64,000 bases of DNA from Chlorobiota bacterium. Its GTDB lineage: Bacteria > Bacteroidota > Ignavibacteria > OLB7. The stretch covers positions 1,241,699 through 1,305,698 of the forward strand of contig CAVQEG010000001.1 of NCBI GenBank assembly GCA_963711465.1, read 5' to 3'. The position numbers were made by a program, and so were the translations under genes. The notes under the pieces were generated by a model. The model ran no database searches. It had not been told where the DNA came from and saw only the letters and a program-made list of their open reading frames with translations. Shown one piece after another: positions 17,301 through 23,997 of this stretch; position 1 is the first letter of the stretch, and the number at the start of each line of letters is the position of its first letter.

Positions 17301-20137
17301 GGTCCGATGGCACTCTGCACCTCAACGCGCGACTCGATGCACCCGCTGTCCAGCGGACAGTACCGAAGCGCAAAGTCGATCGAATCTCCCGGCGCCAGCA
17401 CCACCGAGTCCGTCGGTGCGGTCACCTCGAAGTACCACGGCGCACGTCCACCGACGACCGTCAGCGGACTGCCCAGCAGCCAGCCGCCGCCCCGGTTGGC
17501 GACGCTCCCCGTCGTGTCCACGCAGGTCCCCACGCGTACCAGCCCGAAGTCGATCGTATCCGACGGATGGAAGACAGGATCCGGTGGCAGCGCGCAGCCG
17601 ATGAGAATGATCGTATCACGGCCGCCATTGGACTCGAAGACCAGCGGAATCGAGAAGCAGCCCGTGTCGCGCGGGCAGAATCGCACGCGACCGGACACGA
17701 ATCGCTCGAGCGTGCCCAGTGCAACCGGTTGCAGAGGTGCGGTGGTGACGAATGCCGCGGATCGTGCGCCCACCGCCCGTGGAGCATCGACCCGCAGTGA
17801 GTCCCCTCCCAGGTTCTCGATCACGAACGTCGAGTCCGCGCTACACTCCCCGAGCGCGATCGTGCCGAACTCCAGCGTATCCGGCGTCACCCGCAACCGC
17901 GGACCCACGCCGTGCGCAAGCAGCACCACCGTATCGCGACCATCACCCGAGCCGTTCGACGATACGATCCATCGTGCCGAGGCCTGCCCGGAGTCCGTCG
18001 CGCAGTAGCGCACCGACACCGTATCCGACTCCAGCAACCCCAGCCGCAGCGTCGACACCGATCCGTCGACGGTGAACAACCGAGACTGCGGACCCGAGAC
18101 TGCCGAACTTGCGATAATGAGTGAGTCCCCCCCGACGTTCCCCACCACCTCCGTCGTATCGACACAGCGGCCCGTGTACACGTCGCCGAAGTCGATCGTA
18201 TCGGGACGCATCCGCAGACGCGGCCCAATGCCGTTGCCGCGCACCAAGACGTAGTCCTCCCCGCCGTTCGACCCGTTCGACGTGTAGGTGATCCGTCCGG
18301 TGTGCTCGCCAGGGTGCTGCGGGCAGAACCGGATCGTCACCTGCGTCGAGTCGAGCAATCCCAGTCGGATTGACGCCGTCGCCGCCGACGGCGTGAACGC
18401 CAGCGAGTCAGTGCCGCTCACTCGCGCTGCGCCCAGCACCAGCGAATCACCGCCTCGGTTGTGGACCCAGACGCTCGTGTCCCGGCACGCCCCCGTCAGC
18501 ACATCGCCGAAGTCGACGTACTCCGGCGTCACCTCGATCCTCGGTCCGACACCGCAGCCACGGAGCACCACCGTGTCGATGCCACCATCGGCGACCACCG
18601 CCAGCTTCGCCGACACACAGCCCGGTCCCGTTGGACAGAAGCCGACGTCAACGAGCGTCGAGTCGTCGATGAGCACCGTCGTGCCGTCGTAGGACGCGCT
18701 GAGGTGAAATGCCCCCGCATCGGCACCCACGGCATGCACACGCTCGACGTGCATCGTATCCGTTGCATACAGCTTCCGCAGCGCCCGCAGCCACACGCTC
18801 GAGTCGGCGCACGCGCCGACCAGCACCGAACCGAAGTCGATCGTGTCGAGGGAGAATGATGGTGCAGGCGGCGGTGCGATCGTGTTGTAGGCAAGCGCGA
18901 TCTCGTACCACGGCCCTGGCAGCGACGGATGGCTGCCCCGCCACTGCGTCGTCGTGTAGGTGATCGCCACCACCGAGTCGTGGCACGCGATGAAGCGTCC
19001 GCCAGGTGCAGCGATGTCCAGTGAATCGTTCTGCGAGACATCCTCCCCCTGCGACCACCGGCCTCCGTGCCGCACGAAGTACCAGATGTCCCAGTCGGTG
19101 CTGTCGTCGGTCCGCTCGACCGCGATGTGCGGATCGCCGTTGCGGTCGACCGCGATCGACGTCCGGTTGTAGAACGCCGTGTCGCCGAGCTGCACCGCTG
19201 GTTGCCACTGGCCTCCTTCGTTCGAGGTGTATCGAACGATCGATCGCCGTGGCGAGGTCGCCGTCACGTCGGTGAACGACACGTGCCACACGCCCCGTGC
19301 ATCGCACGCGACCGACGGACAGAACGACGGCCACAGCGGTGTGGCGCTGATGCCCGGCGCGCTCGGACTCGTTGTGAACAACGTTGTAGGGCTCGACATC
19401 CCCGCCGTATCGCCGGTGATCACCATCACCTCGCGGCTCAGTGATGTCCACCGCGCGTAGACGATCGCCACGCGACCCGACGCGTGGATCGAGATGCACG
19501 GGTCGAGGTTCCGAGCGCCTGCTCCGTCGTTCGTCAGCGCCAATGGCGTCGACCACGTTCCGGTGGTGCTCCGTACGGTCAACCAGAGGTTGCCCCCCTC
19601 GGAATACACAACCCACAGTCGCCCCGCGCGATCCACAGCCGCCGTCGGCAGCATTTGATCTGCGCTGCATCCGGAGCCGAATACCCGTGACACCGTGCTG
19701 CTTCCCCCAGCAGGAATGCGGATGTAGGTCAGACACCGGCTTGAATACTGGATCGGGCCGGACGCGCTGAGCACATGGGTCGTGCCGGACGAATCGACGG
19801 CAAATCCGTACTCCACCCTCGCAAACCCCGAATCGATCGTCAACTCCGTGGCGACACCCGAGACGTTCGACAGAGCCAATTCTACCATTGGGCGGCCCAA
19901 TGCCCGATCAACAATTCCGCTTGTGCGGTACCCATCACCACCACATCGCGTCACGATATGGAGGTGTCCGCTGTCGTCGATGCACATCGATGGAAATACC
20001 ATCACCCCACGCCAGTAATAGTTGGACAGGTCCGTGAGTCGCCGCACCGTCCAATCACCCGTCTGTGCAACTGTCGACGCTGATCCGAGAACGACGGCAC
20101 ATGCCACCAGAAACATCAACAATATCCGTTGCCTCAT
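14375..20137 (-). CDS. Giant (1920 aa) T9SS-secreted surface protein: N-terminal BNR/sialidase-like propeller, ~15 Ig-like (ASH / choice-of-anchor-D type) repeats, T9SS CTD
   Basis: Signal peptide at the true N-terminus. BNR-like SxxGGxW motifs fall in the first 400 aa. A ~95-aa unit (…DFG.V..G.C.D…V.N.GG..L…) repeats about 15 times. The C-terminus …ASGLYTIELRTAEERESVPLLIVR is a type-A sorting domain. Confidence 0.75.
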   Translation of the reverse strand: MRQRILLMFLVACAVVLGSASTVAQTGDWTVRRLTDLSNYYWRGVMVFPSMCIDDSGHLHIVTRCGGDGYRTSGIVDRALGRPMVELALSNVSGVATELTIDSGFARVEYGFAVDSSGTTHVLSASGPIQYSSRCLTYIRIPAGGSSTVSRVFGSGCSADQMLPTAAVDRAGRLWVVYSEGGNLWLTVRSTTGTWSTPLALTNDGAGARNLDPCISIHASGRVAIVYARWTSLSREVMVITGDTAGMSSPTTLFTTSPSAPGISATPLWPSFCPSVACDARGVWHVSFTDVTATSPRRSIVRYTSNEGGQWQPAVQLGDTAFYNRTSIAVDRNGDPHIAVERTDDSTDWDIWYFVRHGGRWSQGEDVSQNDSLDIAAPGGRFIACHDSVVAITYTTTQWRGSHPSLPGPWYEIALAYNTIAPPPAPSFSLDTIDFGSVLVGACADSSVWLRALRKLYATDTMHVERVHAVGADAGAFHLSASYDGTTVLIDDSTLVDVGFCPTGPGCVSAKLAVVADGGIDTVVLRGCGVGPRIEVTPEYVDFGDVLTGACRDTSVWVHNRGGDSLVLGAARVSGTDSLAFTPSAATASIRLGLLDSTQVTIRFCPQHPGEHTGRITYTSNGSNGGEDYVLVRGNGIGPRLRMRPDTIDFGDVYTGRCVDTTEVVGNVGGDSLIIASSAVSGPQSRLFTVDGSVSTLRLGLLESDTVSVRYCATDSGQASARWIVSSNGSGDGRDTVVLLAHGVGPRLRVTPDTLEFGTIALGECSADSTFVIENLGGDSLRVDAPRAVGARSAAFVTTAPLQPVALGTLERFVSGRVRFCPRDTGCFSIPLVFESNGGRDTIILIGCALPPDPVFHPSDTIDFGLVRVGTCVDTTGSVANRGGGWLLGSPLTVVGGRAPWYFEVTAPTDSVVLAPGDSIDFALRYCPLDSGCIESRVEVQSAIGPRAVVLQGCAGAPGIAVEPTTVEFGEVEVDSCREGRFVVRNPGRFALRVTGLSLTPGTFAVTSPSVPFEVAADDSVAVTIRFCPQLSGETSEQLSIRSDGTADGRSTLVALHGVGIERHLRAPARLDFGDVPVGSCRDTLIVVGNDGSVAVTVQTIVAVDGSAVTVTWSGGARRLEPGDTVQVRVRFCPTSEETVSDAIEVRCSDAPTRVVQVRGRGIRGVLAASTVELDFGAVDVGTCARDSFSVRNVGTSSVGLNRSSVQMLAGVPTGTFRVIAPTALPQELAAGTTVRIVVEYCPTRVAADSADWSGGGDDGSTVEVGLRGRGVEHDVRVAPDTIGFTCVLPGERPAAAVEVHNDGSEPLVLEGYAISPVGDYQSPAASNVLIGPGETRVDSVRFAPTAASGWSSAELTVQTDQGDRHVALRGNASAVAEVVRDPDSVWFARVAVGDTAEVCVELMNPSCRPIEITRITSEDPSVSIIQPLTTPVVLVDSVAVEVCLRWVPTELGAMQSRLRLESASGAGWTVGLGGQAVEPGVVALTRRVDFGRVDLGDTVGPRAVGLTNRGSAPATVLAITLDGDTGSFVVPGTAPFALSPEGADTVWLDAWFAPVAVGARTAVLHIQNSSPSEPAVTLTGIGDTVGLELQPSAIDFGRVVVGTTRRASDTLRVRNVSTRAVTVVTLRLGGAEATTFGVDSSAARTLGPGEYYHTGLAFTPQTVGSHTARLEAVLDDGVHGWVDLQGDGIESEALQVRLDTVAAAAGEAFDVVARLDAALAGTDDIGSFTAEVAMDPRALYVESASSPMGPVTLRRLGPGRVRIDGVAEGTALLGDTLFVLQMRGLVTGQPQNVIAFATIELRDGASTLRGSEGHDGLVLLSGCDIGRGTGFGRLARLTRVEPNPATGSVRISWRAPEHAAPRVVISDMLGRTTRAIELPTGISQEQTMVVDVSDLASGLYTIELRTAEERESVPLLIVR

Positions 20138-20338
20138 AATACCAGTGGCTCCGTGTAGACCATTTCAGAACAATACTCCACCCATTTATATAACGGTCCA
20201 GCGTCCCGAACTGTGACCACCGGCGGGTCTATTGTCACACTTTCGACCGCACGGCCGTTATTAAGGTAGAGCGACCATCACAATCCACCGGTCGCCTGAC
20301 GCCACCGCGCGTCGACACCTCAACCAACGGACATCACC

Positions 20339-22072
20339 ATGAACACTCAGTTCACCGCCCGTCGACTCGGGCGACTCATTCGTCACCTCCTGGCCTCAAC
20401 CGTCGTGGCCCTGACCGCTTCCGCGGCATTGCACGCGCAATGGAGCACGAAAATCACCGAGCTCATCTCCTATCAGGGCGTCATCGACAGCGCCGGCGTG
20501 AAGATCACCAACTCCGATCCCGATAACCTGACGTTCAACATCTACCCGGCTGTATCGAGCGTAATACCAAGATGGTCCGAGACCGACACCGTCACCATCA
20601 CCAACGGGCTCTTCTCGGTGGTTCTCGGACAGAACTCCCCGCTCTCGATCCTTCCGTTCGATACCACTTACTACCTCGAGGTCACCTACAACCCCCCGGG
20701 CACTCCTATCACCTTCCCCCGTGTCCAGCTCACTGCTTCGGCCTTCTCCTTCCGTGCTGAGCACGCCGACACCGTCGACGGGGCGGTCTTCTGGGAACTC
20801 AATGCGAGTGATGAGGCGCACCTGCGAACCCCTTCAACAGGGTCGCGAGGCGCAGGCGCCAACCGCGTCCTCGTCGGAACCACCGACGGTACGAGCTTCG
20901 CTCCGGAATCCGGAGCCCTCGGCGTGCTGGCAGTCGATGACGACGATGCGGCGATCGTTCTCAAGGACAACCACTCCGGCTCCGGAAATGCCTATGGCGT
21001 ATTGGCAACGGACGTCAGCACCACCGGCGGCGACGCTGCCGGCGTTGCCACCACGCTCGTCGCGGCCCAGGGAACCGGTATTGCTACTGGTTTCTACCTC
21101 GACAGCGCAAACGTCAAGGCAGGCAGTACCGTCAGTGGATTTCGAGCGCGACAAGTCAATGCCGAGTCGCCCGGTGGCGATGCCCACGGCGTCCTCATCG
21201 ATCAGGTGACGGCTCCCGGAAACAGTGGTAATGCGTATGCGTTTCGGTCCGTTGCCGTCCAAGCCGAAGGAAGTGCGAACGGGGTCGACATCGGGCTCAT
21301 TACGGCTCCGCATGGGAAAGCGACGGGATTCAAAGCTGCAGCGGTCTCGGCGATTCAGGACCGCGCGATCGGACTCGATCTGGAGAATGTGTCGTCGACC
21401 GATAACCTGGTGGTCTCTTACGGCGCGAAGGTGATCAACATGTCGCCGAACGGCCAACAATACGGTGTGTACGGAGAGGTTCAAAGCACCAATACGACCA
21501 GCAGTGGTGCCGGAGTCGCGGCGGTCGGCGCGGGGAGTTTGTCACCTGGCTCCCCCGCGGCTGCCGCGCTCGAGGTTCAGAACGGAGCCATCCGCGTAAC
21601 CGGAACCGATCAGCCCGCCGGTCGCGTCCTCGTTCCGTGGCCGCCTGCCGGTCAGTGGTGTACGACGATCACCGTTCCCAACAACCTCGTGAACCTCGGT
21701 TCATCGATCATCGCGACCGTAGAGCTCGCGCCAGGCATCGGCACGCCCGTCCCGTCCGACCCCTGGGTCGTGACCATCAACAACGTCGTCGCCGGCGCAT
21801 TCACCGCGGATCTTCACGCGCTGTTGAGCTGCTACGGTAATCGCGGCAATCCTCCGGGTCCGGGGTATTCGCTCTGGCTCAATTACGTCGTCGCCTCAAC
21901 AGCGTCGCGGCGGAGCTCGTTGGATCGGCGAACTCCGCCGCGTTCGCTTTCCAGATCCGGTTCTGCCGTTCGCGGAAGTGCCCGTTGTTACACTCGGGGG
22001 CGTTCAGCCGTTATTGGTATGACTCCTCTCCTCACGCACGTGGACCCCCATGAAGTATCGAGCGATTGGTGA
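20339..22072 (+). CDS. Secreted low-complexity repetitive protein (Gly/Ala/Thr/Val-rich), function unknown; the 3' end may be frameshifted
   Basis: Good signal peptide. A G/A/S/T-rich repetitive core is present. The last ~60 aa are Arg/Ser-rich and look out of frame. No T9SS CTD could be found in any frame. Confidence 0.5.
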   Translation: MNTQFTARRLGRLIRHLLASTVVALTASAALHAQWSTKITELISYQGVIDSAGVKITNSDPDNLTFNIYPAVSSVIPRWSETDTVTITNGLFSVVLGQNSPLSILPFDTTYYLEVTYNPPGTPITFPRVQLTASAFSFRAEHADTVDGAVFWELNASDEAHLRTPSTGSRGAGANRVLVGTTDGTSFAPESGALGVLAVDDDDAAIVLKDNHSGSGNAYGVLATDVSTTGGDAAGVATTLVAAQGTGIATGFYLDSANVKAGSTVSGFRARQVNAESPGGDAHGVLIDQVTAPGNSGNAYAFRSVAVQAEGSANGVDIGLITAPHGKATGFKAAAVSAIQDRAIGLDLENVSSTDNLVVSYGAKVINMSPNGQQYGVYGEVQSTNTTSSGAGVAAVGAGSLSPGSPAAAALEVQNGAIRVTGTDQPAGRVLVPWPPAGQWCTTITVPNNLVNLGSSIIATVELAPGIGTPVPSDPWVVTINNVVAGAFTADLHALLSCYGNRGNPPGPGYSLWLNYVVASTASRRSSLDRRTPPRSLSRSGSAVRGSARCYTRGRSAVIGMTPLLTHVDPHEVSSDW

Positions 22073-22685
22073 ACGCATTGTCGGGCGACGCCGGAGCAGG
22101 TCCAGCGCGCTGGACCACGATCGCGACTTGTTTCGACGGTTGCTGCAGGGTGATGCCGACGCGTTCGCCGGGTTTTTTGATCTGCATCAGCCCAGGATCT
22201 TCTCCTACTGCGTCAAGATGCTCGAGTCGAGCGACGACGCCGCGGACATTACGCAGGAGGTGTGGGAACGCCTGCTGCGGATGCGCTCCGGTGCGGTGAG
22301 TGATGCCAACCCCGCGGGTCTTCTGATTACTATGGCACGCAACCGCTGTATCGACAGACTCAATGCGCGACGGTCATCGACCTCCCTCGACGCAATTCCC
22401 GAATCCGATCACCCGGTCACCAATCAACCGCAGCAGTCCCAACTCGAAGAGCTCGTGGTGCTCTCGCTGGGAAAGCTGCCCTTCCCCCAGCGCGAAGTGC
22501 TCGTGCTGCACCTGTACAGCGGGTACTCCTTTGTCGAAATTTCCGAGTTGCTCGGTGAGTCCCATCAGGCCGTTCGAATGCGCGCCTCGCGTGCTCGCCG
22601 CCACCTCGTCGCTCTCCTGACCGTCATGCTCGGTATCGAAGAGGATTACCTCGATTCCGACGATTCTGATTCCGGACGCCCATGA
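22050..22685 (+). CDS. ECF (sigma-70 family, group 4) RNA polymerase sigma factor
   Basis: Region-2 motif DITQEVWERLLR and a region-4 HTH (LVLHLYSGYSFVEISELLGESHQAVRMRASRARRHL). It overlaps the upstream gene by 23 nt, so the start is uncertain. Confidence 0.75.
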   Translation: MKYRAIGERIVGRRRSRSSALDHDRDLFRRLLQGDADAFAGFFDLHQPRIFSYCVKMLESSDDAADITQEVWERLLRMRSGAVSDANPAGLLITMARNRCIDRLNARRSSTSLDAIPESDHPVTNQPQQSQLEELVVLSLGKLPFPQREVLVLHLYSGYSFVEISELLGESHQAVRMRASRARRHLVALLTVMLGIEEDYLDSDDSDSGRP

Positions 22686-23446
22686 ACAGCGCACAACAGC
22701 AGCGGACCGTCGAACGCTATCTCAACGGCGAACTGACGCCGTCGGAGGAACAGGATTTCTTCATTGAAGTCGCCGTCAATGATGAACTCCGTCAACGGCT
22801 GAAGGCGAACCGCATCGTCGACCAGGCGCTGGCCAGAGACAGCAAAGGGGTGAACCGTGATCACTCGCGGATGCGATCGCAGTTGCTGGCGCTGCACGGC
22901 GCCGCACTTTCCGGAGGCGCATTCGCCGCGCGGCATCGCGCCCTGCACCGAGTCGTGCGGGAATTGTTGACGTGGAAAGCCGCGGTGGTACTCGGTCTCG
23001 GAGGCGGCGGTGCCCTTCTCCTGCATGCGATCGACCCGGCGCCGCCAGCGTCGGTTCCTGTGTCGGCGCCGTCAAACGGCGGAGTCGTAACCGCGCCGCA
23101 GCACCGGGACCCACAGCCCACATCCGGCACCGACCACGCGGTCGACGGCTTCGATGAACCGATCACAACGCCCGACGCCGCGTCGACTGATGTTCCCGTC
23201 ACCGCAGGGCCGGCCGTGACGGCCACGGCCTCGCGCCGACACGATGCGCTGGAGGTCGGTCATCCCCGATCGGACTCTTCGATGGCATCGTCGACTGCGC
23301 CGGCCGATTCCGTTGTGATGGATCGGCAGGATTCTTCGCGCATCGGTGCAACCACCCTCCCATCCGACCATCGAACCTCCTACGAGACGGACGATTCAAT
23401 TCATATCAAGGGAATCGTTCTCCCGCCTCGCATCGAACGCCGGTGA
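22682..23446 (+). CDS. Anti-sigma factor (single-pass membrane)
   Basis: ATGA overlap with the sigma-gene stop. N-terminus RYLNGELTPSEEQDFF is a typical anti-sigma motif. There is one TM helix (AAVVLGLGGGGALLL) and a Pro/Thr-rich periplasmic tail. Confidence 0.55.
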   Translation: MNSAQQQRTVERYLNGELTPSEEQDFFIEVAVNDELRQRLKANRIVDQALARDSKGVNRDHSRMRSQLLALHGAALSGGAFAARHRALHRVVRELLTWKAAVVLGLGGGGALLLHAIDPAPPASVPVSAPSNGGVVTAPQHRDPQPTSGTDHAVDGFDEPITTPDAASTDVPVTAGPAVTATASRRHDALEVGHPRSDSSMASSTAPADSVVMDRQDSSRIGATTLPSDHRTSYETDDSIHIKGIVLPPRIERR

Positions 23447-23574
23447 ACCGGCTCCGGGCCGACCGGTGCAGTTCCCCCAACACGTTCGACGCCGCTATCG
23501 AATGCTCCCGATTCATCGTCCTCTATCGCGGCCCGTCAGGCCGCACGAAAGTCGAGTGGTGCCTGCCGCGATTC

Positions 23575-23670
23575 CGACCCGAAGGGTCACCAATACCGTA
23601 GCAACTCTGGTATGGAATCGGGTGATGATTCGAGTCAATGATCCCGAAGGGTCGCCAATGCCGTTACAAC
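23575..23670. repeat. Two imperfect ~31-nt direct repeats (CGACCCGAAGGGTCACCAATACCGTAGCAAC / GATCCCGAAGGGTCGCCAATGCCGTTACAAC), each beginning with a GACCC-GAA-GGGTC hairpin, spaced 65 nt apart
   Basis: Seen directly in the 550-bp convergent intergenic region between the anti-sigma gene and the BNR gene. About 26/31 positions are identical. Confidence 0.35.
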
Positions 23671-23997
23671 CGAAGGCGTTGGACTGAGCTGCGATAGTTC
23701 CGGCCCTTCGGACCGCGCCTGCATGAATCGGTCGAAGGATCGTGGGATTCGAATTCCACATATCGTCGGCAATTCGGCGCCCCCCGGACAGGCGACGGAA
23801 TCGTCGGCACGACATCGAGGACACGTCGCGCAATGTCGGCGTCATCGCTGATGCGCCTCGGCCCGCCCATGAGCGATGCGCAACGGCAAGAGTCCGAACC
23901 AGTGGATCAGTGACACCATCGCGAAGGCGACGCAGACCGCCAGACCGATTGCAGCGAACCGCGATCGGAGCCGTTGTCGCACCGGCCATCTGCCGTG

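Noticed and set aside
16233-18008. 591-aa and 521-aa plus-strand ORFs inside the giant adhesin gene
   Set aside because: Antisense to a gene with a clear signal peptide, repeats and CTD. The translations are Arg/Pro/Ser/Thr-rich nonsense.
23575-23670. Possible minimal CRISPR array (two ~31-nt repeats, one ~34-nt spacer)
   Set aside because: Only two imperfect copies (about 84% identical) are present. There are no cas genes in the window and no leader-like AT-rich region. It is more likely a REP-like or sRNA element.
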